Source: Mytilus trossulus (lineage: Eukaryota). From it: a stretch of 64,000 nucleotides of DNA. Position 1 is the stretch's first letter. Each line of letters begins with the position of its first letter. The stretch covers positions 54,149,216 through 54,213,215 of the forward strand of contig NC_086385.1 in assembly GCF_036588685.1 (NCBI RefSeq), given 5' to 3'. Shown here piece by piece: positions 47,361 to 60,750 of the stretch. The notes under the pieces were generated by a model. The model did not search any database. It was not told the DNA's origin and saw nothing but the letters and a program-made list of their open reading frames with translations. The position numbers were made by a program, and so were the translations under genes.

Positions 47361-49609
47361 TTTATAAGAGGGTTTGGATATAGTTAAATGATTAAAGAAT
47401 AATGCCTTTAAAGAATAAAGATTAGAGAAAAGTGGGCATAAAAAATATGAAGATTAGAGAAATGCGTGGTCTAATTTTTTGAAGGTTAGAGAAAAAAGGG
47501 GTTAATTTTTGAAAGATTAGAGAGATTGATTGATTGATTGATTGTTGGTTGCTTTACGCCGCATTAGCACAAAAAGGCTATATCGCGGCGAGAGCTAATT
47601 CGAATATTTTTACAATTTAAAGCATATTTTTAAAATAAGACAAAAGGTCCTTCAATATACTAAAATTCTTGACTAAAGCAAATTGAGTATATACAAATAA
47701 AAATCAACAGTAAAATAACGTGATCAAAATTAAAATCGATTTAAATATAATAACAATTTTATATTCTATAATAAATTCCAATTTCTTTTAAAAAAGCAAC
47801 AATATTTGTAAATGGAACATTATTAAATAAATCATACATATTATTGACATTGAAATGCTTCTTACGAATATCAGCAAAGTCAGAAAGATTAGAGAGAGAA
47901 AAAAGGGTTGAAAATTAAATGTTTACAGAATAATAGACCCCAATCCGGACCCTCTTATAAAGATAATGTTTATATTGAGGAAGGTCATTTGGGTTAAATT
48001 TAAGGTTACTAATGGTATCATTTTTAATAACGACTTTCCGAATTGATTTTCCTCTAAGTTCAGTATTTTTGTGATTTTTCTTTTAAATAACGAAAGATCT
48101 AGAAAACATTTGATACATTGAACTGATTCTTTGATTCATCTAATCTTATAAATATATTTAAATAAGTGAAGATTAAATAACAGAAATACAACACATTTAA
48201 TTGTATCATCAGGTCTAATTTATCACGAAAGTATGATTTGCGAGCTTTATGTCAACATAGTATTAATTACATTTTTCACACATTCTATATATTTAGAGGT
48301 AAATCTGTGTTACATAAAATGATGATTAATTAAAATAGTAATAATAATTTTTCAGAAAGCCACGAAAAATTAATAAAAAGAAACACGGAATAAATAGGAC
48401 TAGATCGATATTGAGCTTTTAGCACCGTCAGGGTTTTCAATATGAAGAAAGCTTGAATATCAACACACAGATGCATACATTGTCGAATTTCGTACTAGAA
48501 CTGATATGAGAAGGCGTGGCTATTGTACTACAATTGATATGAAAAGCCGTGGCTAATGTATGTTCATTGTCACTATTATACATTAAACTCTTCTTCGATT
48601 ATACTGTTAATTCCATAGCCTAGCATCCTGACACAATTCAATACTTCGTCTGGTATCCTGGCAAGACAATACAAGTTTTACTGCTCAACAGAAGAACAGG
48701 GATATCGTCCTTGAATATACAAGGTAAGTTTTTTTAAATTACACCCCTCCCCCCCAAAAAAAAAAAAATCAATCATCAAAATTAACGATTGCGGCTTAAA
48801 ACAATGTATGTCAGGAAAATATCGTTATAGAAAGAATGCCAACAATGCTAGTTTTGAACATAACTTGCAATCAATTTAGGTCGCACAAACCACCTGGACT
48901 AAAATTATTTCGGCTAGTTTTATTCCCATAAAATTTTGACAATATATTTACTTCGACTCTTTGACCAAATTAAAACAATTAAAAAAAAAATTGAACCACA
49001 CTTTATTGGAAAAAAATTATTTGATATGTAAATATCAGTTTGACATTTTGACATGTATACAGTAATTTTGATCCTTGAGTACACGTACAATGTAGCTTGA
49101 TATTTCTTTAAGTGATTTAAAAGTTCAGCTGACTCTTTCGGAACTATCTAGTGATTGAACAATATTGAACAGAATTGAGAGATTGTAGAATTTCTGTTAT
49201 TAAACTGAATTTATCGTTAATTTCATTCAGTTCATGAAGAAGTTGCCTACATGCATTCCTGGTAAAGCCACATCTTCTTATTTTTTGTTTGTTGTTGCTT
49301 TTTCTGCAATTTGTTTACCGTAAACAAGAAATTGTATAACTATACAAATCCTTGCCGTAAATTGTTCATTTTTTTCTGACATTTATCTCATACTTTTGTT
49401 TATACTACAACTAAAATTATCCACAGTTTTGGTTATGGAAATATTAAAATAAAATACAAAACTTATTTCCTTCCCTGAACGAATCTCAATTTGTGCAGCA
49501 AGAAGCTTTAGGTCACATGAAACATACACAGCATCAACTTTCCTTTTATTTTTATATGATGAAGATATTTCAGCTTTGAACAAATCGTACACTTCAGTAA
49601 CGAGATACA

Positions 49610-52600
49610 ATGAATGTAAGTAGAAAGAATAACTATTGCGTAGTTATCTTAATTATAACATGTAATCAATACAACATTTCATATAAAAAATACCGAATTC
49701 CTAAGGAAATTCAAAACGTAAAGTTCTTTATAAAATGGCCAATAAAAGCCTAAAACACGAATACAGAATGGAACACAACTGCCAATAAATACATGCATTT
49801 TATAGTGTAAAAAAGTGGATTATAAATTGTTTTATAGCTAAACCTTTCACTTATATGAGAGTCGCATATAATTCCACTATATTGACAACTATATGAAATC
49901 TAAATATATAAAAAAAAGATTTGGTGTAATTTCCAATGACAAAACACTCCACAAGAGACCAGATGACATAGAAATTAACAACCATATGTCACCGTACGTC
50001 CTTCAGCAGTGAGTCAAACCCATACTGTATAATCGGCTATAAAAGGATACAAGGCCCTCGCATGGAAACTATGAAACAAATTCAATTGATAATTTTATAA
50101 AAGGTCGCAAACCACTAATAAACCAATTCGATATGGCAGCTCTTGAACGACTGAACATAAAGTATCAAGTAAAATTCGTCTTTCATTTAATTTTCAAATT
50201 TATCTACAGCGGTAATATCAGTACATTATAGTCGTTTTAGATCTGTTCAGTCAATGTTCAGAATATTTCAATAGTTGTTTTACCTGTTAATTGTCATATT
50301 TTGGGGCCCTTTATACCTTTTTGGTCGGTGTGAGCCAAGGCTTCGTGTTGAAGGCCGTACATTGACCTATAATTGTTTACTTTTATAAATTGTTATTTGG
50401 ATGGAGAGTGTTTATTGACATCACGCCACATCTTCCTATATCTATTTAGTGCCATTAACAGATCTAAATTGCAAGGGAGAGTGCAATGAAGAGTGCAAGG
50501 GAACCGTATGAACAGTTCTGAATTAAACGCAGAGGCGACGACTTTATTATTGTTTGTTCAAACATTTCATTGTTCAGGGTTCGTGTTGATCAGTCTCTTA
50601 ATTTCTATGTTGTGCTTTGTATATTTTATTTTAGTTATGGTTTTGTTTATTTTCGCCTTTTTGAGTTTGAATGTCATTTTGGAATTTTTTCCCTTTTTTT
50701 CAGAGGATCAAAAAGAAAATGTGTTTAAAAAAAAGTTCTTTTTAGTTTTTATCATATTTATTTATAGTTGATTCGGAATTTTTTTTATTGCAACTTATAT
50801 AAATCCCTTCCCATTTTACGGTTGCGAGTGCTGCCTTGTAGCGGCCTTATAGTCAGCTCTTTTTCGGAATCTACAAGCCTAAGGGTGATGTTTACACGGT
50901 TCAGCCATTTTTTGTCGCCTTCCGACGAACTATCATCGTTTCTGAAGCCCAAATTATTGTCAAGGGAGAGCCGAAAAATTCAGTCTCTAAAGTTTTCTCC
51001 CCGGAGCAGGGATCGAACCAGGAACCTTTGTGTAAGTAGTCCAATGTGCAAACCACTACACCGCGGCTCTCCTATGTGGTATGAGAGCCAAAGAGACAAG
51101 TCTCAAACCAAGTCACAATTTAATAAAGTAAACCATAATAAGTCAAGTACGGTTAACTTATTTAAGATTGTTCACTGTGTATTGATCATCAACCTCCCAG
51201 TTTTCTGTAACTTCCTCCTACTTATTAAACGCAATCTATTATGGATTAAAACCAGTTGAGGCTTATTTTCCGCCTTAAATAGTAATCTTATTTTATTTTG
51301 CAGACAACTTCAAATATAGCACATAACAATGGTGTAATCTCTTTCATTAGATTATTATGTTGTATAACAGCTGGCATACTATCTCTGGTTAATATCACCT
51401 ACATCATCGTGTGCTTTAAAGTTCTACGGAAATCATTTCACAATCTTATCATATTGGGTATGTGCTGCAGCGATGTAGTGACAGGATTGTCTTTTATATT
51501 TTTTGCATCTCTACCTCTTCTAGAAGTTACGAATGGATTGATGTTTACATGCATATTACAGCTTTTCACAATGACGTTCGGAGTATCTTTGACCTACTGC
51601 TTTCTTTTTCTAATGTGTCTTCAAAGGTACCTTACCGTCAGATCGTACAACTTTGGAACTGTAGAACAATTTGACAGAAAGAAATATTTCATTGTGGCTG
51701 CTCCAGTAATTTTTGTATTTATCATTATTTTCGGAGTAATGGTTCTCACTCCAAAAGAAGACAATTTTTTTGAATGCACAGCTCAGCAATTATATGGTAG
51801 CAGATATGTATATTATGTTATAGCTGGATTCGGACCACCAATATTTATAATATTTCTGGTATTCTTGATTTCAATACTCACTTCTTTTCATTTATGGAAA
51901 ACATATTTCAAGATACGAAAAATACAACCGATGTCAGGTACTCTTAGAAGAAGGAAAAATGGCGGCAACATGAAGTCAAACCGTATTGAACATGATCAAA
52001 AGTCGCCAAAACGAATACCAAGCCATTTCATGACTAGTGAATTAAGTACACAAGAACGTATAGAAGATTTAGAAGGCAGCTCAGATGACGGAGACTACCG
52101 CACAAGTCATATCTATCCACAAGATACGAATACAAAGATAATGCTAACCGAAGATTCAAATGAAACATCCATTGAAATGTTTTTGGTGAATAAAGAAAAC
52201 ACACAGTATGAACCTCGGTTTGAGAACGGAAATATTAGCACGCAAATGGAAGCTGGAATATTTGTGCCAATAGATAATGATTTCAACAGATTTACATTAG
52301 CTTCTCGAGAATCTAGCACAATGTCACAAGAAGATAACAGAGAAAAGACGACGAAGAAAGGTGTATTCCAAGATCCGAGGGCAATACATTTTCTTAAGAA
52401 CGATCAAAATGACCAAACTACTTCAAGCAAAAGGAAGAATGATGTAATTCAAGACCAAAAGGCAATTAATTCTTTCATGGACGATCAAAATGGCCAATCT
52501 TCCACAGGCGGAACCAAGACAGATTTATTTCAAGTAGACCAAAAGGCATTGACCTTGATGAATTCATCAACGAATAATCAAAATTATCAATTTACTACGG

Positions 52601-52926
52601 ATATTTTCAACTGTCGACACAATAATAAAAGCGATGAAAGACAAATGAGAAGAGGACTGACACAGAAGTTTAGATTTAAGAGATCATGGGAAGTCCGAGC
52701 GTTTGTGACGAGTATTGTGATAGCTGTTCAAACAATAATTTTAACAGGACCCTTTATATCTTCGTTCTTGATAGAAATCATCAATGGAAAGATGTTGCCC
52801 ATCACGACAAAATTTACACTGTTTTTCCTGTATTTGGCAAATTCATTGTCAAACCCTATCATATATGCATGGCGAATCCCAAAAATAAGACAAGAATTCC
52901 GAAAACTATTTAATAGAAACAATTGA
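49610..52926 (+). CDS. Orphan class A (rhodopsin-like) GPCR, ~542 aa; coding exons 49610-49615 and 51304-52926
   Basis: Seven hydrophobic segments; SLVN (TM1), CSDV (TM2), CLQRY (DRY variant), TGPF (TM6), NSLSNPIIY (TM7), very long third intracellular loop; ATG AAT|gtaagt joins ttgcag|ACA to give MNTTS; likely 5' UTR exon ending at 48723. Confidence 0.88.
50770..51069 (-). mobile_element. tRNA-derived SINE in the GPCR intron (related diverged copy ~46040-46310 on +)
   Basis: Reverse complement gagccgcggtgtagtggtt...ggttcgatccc (A and B boxes); 3' part resembles 46220-46305. Confidence 0.65.
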
Positions 52927-53385
52927 CCACTTCCTTATCATATCTGCATGGCGAATCCCAGACATAAGACACGAATTCCGAAAACTTTTTTAATAGAAAC
53001 AATTGACCTCGACCTTATATATGCATGGCGATCCCAGAAATAAGACAAGAATTCCGTAAACCATTTAATAGAAACAATTGACCACTACCTTATATATGCT
53101 TGGCGAATCCCAGAAATAAGACAAGAATTCCGAAAACCTTTTAATAGAATCAATTGACCACTACCTTATATATGCATGGCGATCCCAGAAATAAGACAAG
53201 AATTCCGAAAACCATTTAATAGAAACAATTGACCACTACCTTATCATAAATGCATGGCGAATCTAAGAAATAAGACAAGAATTCCGTAAACCATTTAATA
53301 GAAACAATTGACAACTACCTTATGTATGCATGGCGATCCCAGAAATAAGACAAGAATGCAGATAACTATTTAGTAGAAACAATTA
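52855..53385 (+). repeat. 7 x ~75-81-bp tandem repeat of the GPCR C-terminal coding end and stop
   Basis: Unit tatgcatggcgaatccca.aaataagacaagaattccgaaaac.atttaatagaaacaattgaccac. Confidence 0.93.
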
Positions 53386-56300
53386 ACTTTTACCTGTTTC
53401 GAAATAAACTAAAGCAAATTGAAAGCATTTGAAGACCATTTTACCAAAACTCCGAAGTTTAGTATTATCTTGATTATATTTGAAATTTGTCGAGACTCAT
53501 TACGAAAAATACCAATAAAGCAAGGAATTTAAGGTAGGAATTTTGAAACATACACTAGGCTAGGTAGAGAAATCGATTATGAAATTTTATTTTGCGTATT
53601 TCTTTAGGGAATCGCAAACCAGTTTTATAATTTTGACACTATGTTCACAATAAACAACAACCTGCTCTGACCAATAATGCATTAGGGCTCGGATGAGAAT
53701 TGGTGGATCTTCATATCCTTCCGAAGCACCTGAGATCAACACCATTATTTTGTTAGGGGGTTCGTGTTGTCTAGCTTTATAGTATTTAGTTTTCTATCTT
53801 GTTTTTTGTGCAAAATTGTTTGTCTTTGTCTTTTGATAATTTATCCATGGCGTTGCCAGTTTGTTTCCTACTTGCGAGTATGACTCCCTTTGGTTTCTTT
53901 TGTGTCTCGTTTGCAAACTTTAAATTAATGGACAAGACACTTATACATGTACATGTTTATAAAACGAAAACAGTATAAAATTGTAATGAATTCAAAATAT
54001 TTCCGTGCTGAAATGTAAAGAATAGAGAACAATTAGGGGAAACTACAGAAAAGAGAACCACAAAATTTTGCTGCATACGCGGCAGGATAGAACTACTCTT
54101 TTGACGCATTTGCCGTCTATTAAGATTGACTTCAACATAATATTGTTAAAATTGTGTATTCATACTGGTCCCGCAAAGAAAACCATGCATTTTGGTCATG
54201 TATGCTGTTCAACTTTGTACTTGTTTCGGCTTTCAAACTTTTGTATCTGGGCGTCACTAGTAAGTGCACTTCTGGTGTATTAAAATTTTAAACCTGTTGC
54301 CTTTTGTTAGCTGTTATTCGTGTGTTTCTTTGTCAACCGTGTTCTCCTGTTTGTTTGTATTGTAGTCCTGTAATGTTGTGTTGTCATTTTAATGTTATAT
54401 TTCACATGGCCATAAAAGAGGGAGGTTTGGCATGCCACAAAACCAGGTTCAACCCACCATTTTATTCTTTAAAAAATGTCCTGTACCAAGTCAGGAATAT
54501 GGTCATTGTTATATTAAAGTTCGTTTCTCTGTGTGTTATATTTTAACGTTGTGTTTCTTTTGTGTTGTTTGTTTCCTCTTATATTTGAGTGTGAATTCAC
54601 ATTATTATAAGACGTGTCACGGTACTTTTCTATCCCAAATTCATGTATTTAGTTTTGATGTTATATTTATTATTCGCATCGGATTTTGTCTAATGCTTAG
54701 TTCGTTTCTGTGTGTTTTTGTGTGCGTTTCCCTCGGTTTTGGTTTATTACCCGGATTTGCTTTTTTCTACCTATTTATGAGTTTTGAACATTGGTAAACT
54801 ACTGTTGCCTTTAATTAAGATGCCATTACACAATGTGGTCTTTCTTCATGTTCTTCTCCTATGCATGGATGGACGCAGATTCGACATAACTGTGTTATGA
54901 GATTTTGATCTTTAAACGCTCTTATTCAGATTTGAATGAACGCTAAGACAGGGCTGTGAATCAATCAAATTAAGGTCATCACTCGAGAATTTTTATGGTC
55001 GCCATCATGAGATGATTGGCCATTATGGCAAAAGTGTGTCAGAAATCATATCAGATACTCTTCCTCAGTCATAATGACCTTCCATCTTTACCGAACTGAA
55101 CAAAGAAATAACACAACGGGTGCCGTATACGGTGCAGTAAACGCTTACCCTTCCGGAGCAGCTGATTTCATTCGTTTTGAGTGAAGTTCGTGTTGTTTCT
55201 TATTTATTATTTTTAGCTGTTGATGTAAATGTCTTTTGGTTTTATGAGTCTTTGTTTACTCCTTTGTTTTTATTGTTGTTGTCCTATTTTCCCTTTCCCT
55301 AGTTTATCTTTAAAAAATTGAAATCTACATATTGTTTAGCTGACATTGGCATATACTCCTAGTAAGCATATTCAAACTGTAACGTATCAAAACAAACTAA
55401 TGACATTTTCTGACGTTTCAGTATCGTTGAAATCTCGTTTTGGAATTATTTTCAAAATAATAGATAAAATATAATAGAATTTAAGAAATGTTTAATCAAA
55501 CTTAAACGAATAATTAGTACCATTTCTTTTTACAAATTGAGTCAGTCGTTTTGCCAAAATTTTGAGAAAATGTGTGTGGGGTAAAAGAAATTATTTTACC
55601 AGAAACATGTACATCCAATATCACTTTTTTCTGTTCATTATTTTTAAATATGTATTTATTCGCTCATTTAATGCAAAGAATATGCATTTTGTTCTAAAAA
55701 CGAGAGAGAAAAAAAATGGAACAAAAAAGCATGATATGATAAAACTTTCTTATATTAACAACTACCTATATTCTTTAAGTTAAATTTATTCAGATTAGTT
55801 TTTGAAAGTATGACAAATACTTTAATTCAAAGCTGTAATTTTTTCACGATAATAGCCCAAACAAATGGGTAAAACTGATGAAAAATGAGACAATCTTTAA
55901 AATTGGGTACATTCAAAGGGTCGTGGAAAAAAGTAGTACACCAGCATTATTATTAAATTACAAAACAACTGCAAAATCACCAATGATGTGTACAAGTACC
56001 CTCTTTCCGTTAAAACCTTACTACATACACATAGAAAAGTCCGGACTTGCAACATAACCCTTAAACAGTGTATACATAACTCCTTATACCGTCTCCAGCG
56101 TTCTTTTAACATAAACATGTTGGAAGTACTAAGAATGTAAACAGGAATCTGATGTTCAGTAGTTTGTGTTTTCCATGGGGTTCATGAGTACTTCTCGTTT
56201 CTTATGGTTTTAAAATAGTACTTTTTGGCCCCTTTGTAGCTTGCTGTTTTGTGTGAGTCAAGGCTACGCAATGAGAATCGTTCGTGTTGCTTAGTCTTTG

Positions 56301-56974
56301 TTTTCTGTGTTGTTTCTTGTAAACTATCATTTTCGTTTGCCTTCTCCCTTTTTAACCATGGCGTTGTCAGTTTATTTTCGATCTATGCGTTTGAATGTCC
56401 TTTTTGTATTGTTTGCCCCTCTTTTTGACCTATAACTGTTTATTTTTACAAATTGTGACTTTGATGGATAGCTGTTTCATTGCAATCATACCACATCTTC
56501 TTATATCTACTAAATACAATTAAAGATGATGTAACCAATCGACGTAATACAACAGAAACTGCCGAATGGGAAAGGGAGTTCAAATACTGTCACTATAGAA
56601 TTAACTGTCATTATATATTGATATTTTCATAATGTGCATTGTCTAATAAATTGAAATGAACGCTTTATTGGTTTTATATTCAGTAGGATTGTGGAGAACC
56701 ATATATTTAAAAGCCTTTGTTTTATGAATATGTGATAAATGGGAAGAAACTAATGACCAAATCCACCTATTGTTATTTATAAATAAATACACTTATAAAG
56801 GAAATAAAGTTATGGTATACATATATTAAGTTTCTTTGCAGCAATATACAGTTATTGAGAAGAATGCAAAATCAATTTGACAATAATTAACAGTATTATA
56901 GGTTCTTCAAAGTGGGTATAACTGAGATTAAGGCTCTTGAATGCAACTCGAAAACAATAATGTTAGATATGTAC

Positions 56975-57137
56975 CGATTATCAGGTTATCTGCATGATGA
57001 TAGCGTTAAATATTAGCTGCGAGACATAATGTGAAGCTTTTGTCGAGTGAGCGTAGCGAACGAGATCAAAAAGCCTTCATATTATGTCAAGCAGCTGATA
57101 TTTTACAATATCAATATGCAGATAATCTGATAATCGA
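56975..57137. repeat. Long imperfect palindrome (MITE core)
   Basis: cgattatcag.ttatctgcat...gacataatgtgaag / cttcatattatgtc...atgcagataatctgataatcg. Confidence 0.6.
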
Positions 57138-60100
57138 TTTATCGGGCTATATTTGCGTGTTTCAGAAGTGTTTTCTTTGTTTCACCAGCACACAAAAGAT
57201 GACTTGATAAGTTCGGGTCAAAGTTATAAACGTCGGTTCAAACATTATGACGTCGCTGATATGTCCGGGTCAAAAGTAAAATCACAAAAATACTGAACTC
57301 AGAGGAAAATCAATTTGGAAAGTCCATAATCACATGGCAAAATCAAAAAACAAAACGCATCAAAAACGAATGGACAAGAACTGTCATATTCCTGACTTGG
57401 TACAGGCATTTTCAAATGTAGAAAATGGTGGATTAAACCTGGTTCTATAGCGCTAACCCTCTCACTTTAATAACAGTCTCATCAAATTCCGTTACATTTA
57501 CATGATGCGTTAAATAAACAGTCACAATCAATAAAATAGTCAAAATATGGGAACATCAGTCATCATTGTATAACAATTTAACAGGACACAACAACATCTA
57601 CTATCTACGAACACATGGATTGATTTGAGTGTCTGACGTCAGAAAAATTATATACGTCACATAAATTTGTCGTTCAATGTGAATACAATTATTATCAAAA
57701 GTACCTGGATTATAAACAATTATAAACAAAGTTATTAAGGCCGGGTCAACGTATTTGAAGCCACAAAGACATGATACGGAATAATATTAAGAGCTGAGCA
57801 GAGTGATATAGACAGTGGGACGACCGATAAGTTCAGACACACACTGTGCGTTGTTACAAGATTGCAATATAAAATACTACACGAGCAAAACATTATGGCA
57901 CTTTCAAAACGAATGACTAAGATGTTAAGTCTCTATTAATCCTTCAAAGATATAAACTCCAGTAAAAATGGCTATTCAAAAATCATTATGAATTTGACTT
58001 AAATTTTTTACGCATCACTTCCACTTGTTGTATTTAGCCCAACATTGTCAAAGATTTTTGATTTAATTGGCCGGCCGGCATATGTTTATTTAAGCTAGTA
58101 CGACTGATAAGTCTTATATAGACAAGACGCGCGTTAATCGTACCAAATTGTAACCATTGCATCGTTAACACGTTTTTGTCACTTATAGAATAGACAAATA
58201 AATTACCAAAACCTTGCCTGTTTAAGGGTTACGGTATAATGCATATGGCTGCAAACACATTTTCATCTACTATCTTATATCAATAGAATATAAAATGTGC
58301 GTATTTAAAAAAAACAAAAATATTTATAATATTTTGTCAATTTAACCCTTTGATTAACCATTGTATATATAAACAAAAATCTTTGTTGCAATGATCTTAG
58401 ATGCTGATTGGACGAGTTAAAGGGTGATCAAATTTATCAGTACATAGAATGAATAAACATGTGTTAACAAATGTTAATGAAATTTAAGTTTTTGTGGAAT
58501 GCACAGGACACCCGAAGTGGATTTACTTTTAACAAAACATGTGTATTTGATAATCCTTACATAATCAGATTCTAACATAGTTGCTATGGATTATCGCATT
58601 TTAATAGAATTTAACAATTTTTAAAAACATCTCGATTTGATAAATCCGATTATCTAATGTAAGAACATATTAATATCAGGAAATACACTAGTTCCTGTGT
58701 ATATTTACATAATTTGTTGTAGAAGACAACACGTTTTTCATCGCTTTCAATATAATTGTCAATGTTAAGGCATTTAATTTAAGCGAAAGGTATAGCTAGC
58801 TCTAAATCTAGGTTTAATCCATTTTTTACAATATAAAAAATACTTGTTCCAAGTCAGGAATATGATAGTTGATATCTATTCATTTGATATGTTTGAGTTT
58901 TTGATTTTGCCATTTGATTAGGGACTTTCTGTTTTGAATATTCCCTGGAAATCGGTATTTCTGTGATTTTACTTTTGATATTTTTTTCAAATTATTGTCA
59001 ATATATCACAACATTATCATTCAAAGAAATACATTTGTAGCATTCATTTTAACTATGATAAGCCAAATATTTGTACAAGAAACATATTACTTCTGTGATG
59101 ATATATCATATTTATATTGGGACATTTTTAAGTGTTGTTAGTACGTGTAAACTATTCCTTTGTCATTATACAGCATAGCGGAATACCTGTTAATTTTTTT
59201 TTACCTGAGTCAATTGTTGTTTGTACATGTTTGGCTTACTAGGTTAATCTAATGTAAAATGTATAAGTAAAGTTTAGTTTTCGTAAAGTAATTTTGTCAT
59301 TCAAGGAATCAGTCTTTTACTGCATTTGATCCGAGAAGAAAATACAATATTTTAAAACAGCAATGTTCGTTTTGATCGAAACATAATTAATAAAATGTTG
59401 TCATGCCCTTTTCCTTATAAGCGGCTTTCATGACGACATAAATATATATTCTGTCTTCCCGATTGCGCTTTTAAATGTTCAGCATAGTTTTTCCTGACTT
59501 CCGATTGCGCAACATCCATTTTTCTAATAGTGTTATTCAGATGTTTATTTGTATCACCACCAGTATCGGCTGTATCCCCATGACGGAAAAGGTGACGTGG
59601 TTTAACAACGTTATACACTATGGAAATCAACCCTTCACCAAGTCAGGAATATATAAAGGCAACAGTAGTATACCGATGTTCAAAACTCATAAATCGATAG
59701 AAAAAAAATCCGGGTCGTTGTCCATTTGTTTGATGTGTTTTATCTTTTGATTTTGCCATCTGATTAGGACCCTTTCGTCATAGTTTTTCTCGGAGTTCAG
59801 TTCTTTTTTATGATTTACCTTACTATAGTTATTAAGATAGATAATTTCTATAAAAAAAAACCCGTGACATTGTTTACTGAAATGTCTCATTGTAAGAAAT
59901 GGAAGATTATTTACTCTGTTTCTTTGAGCAAAATCATGTGATCGACAGGTATCATATTTTTCGAAAAGAGGGGTATGATCACAATTTTTCTCTCTCGAAA
60001 TAATCACATAATATGATTTTTTTAAACAAGATGATCAAATAATTAAAAATACCATTATATGTTATGAAATAATCATGAAATATGTGATCTGATAATCAAA

Positions 60101-60750
60101 TAAACACTGTAAAAACAGCCAAGGATGGTTGGTATGTTTTCAAAAGAGAAAACAAAATTGTATACTAAAAAAAAAAGTTACAGTTCTTCCTTTATATGAA
60201 AATATTTTACACACACATGATATTATATTGTTGCAATTCACACTCAGCAAAACAATCATATTCGTGAATCGGTTATATATACCCCATTGACAAATTTATA
60301 ATCTGACTGCATAGGTTGTGGGTTTTATCCCGGTCAGATCAAACTATATACTAGACAATTGATATGTGGTGCCTTTCTGCAAGCAAGAAATAAAAATTAT
60401 ATGCACGTGTAAGTAAGAATATCTTCATATGGGTTGTTTCAAAGTAATTACCGGGGTTAATATTCATATAAAAATGGTATCCTCTGGATATACATGTAAA
60501 ATTTCCTGTAAGGCGTTCGTCACAGAAACCTCTGCATAATCAACATTATTGGAATGAAAACTATTTAGGACTACATATGTTGATTTGTAATTAATCATCT
60601 ATTTCAAATGCTATGTTTAGCTCCATGAATTCTACACGGAAAGTCACTAATAGTCTCGGTAGAGAGTATCATAGGTTTACTCTGCTTTAAAACTAAAAAA
60701 CTATATCACATTTCAAAATATTTTATTACTAACGCGATTTAAAATCTCGA

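Noticed and set aside
50493-50771. MNSSELNAE as the GPCR N-terminus
   Set aside because: No canonical phase-0 GT donor follows it; ATG AAT|gtaagt at 49610-49615 fits better.
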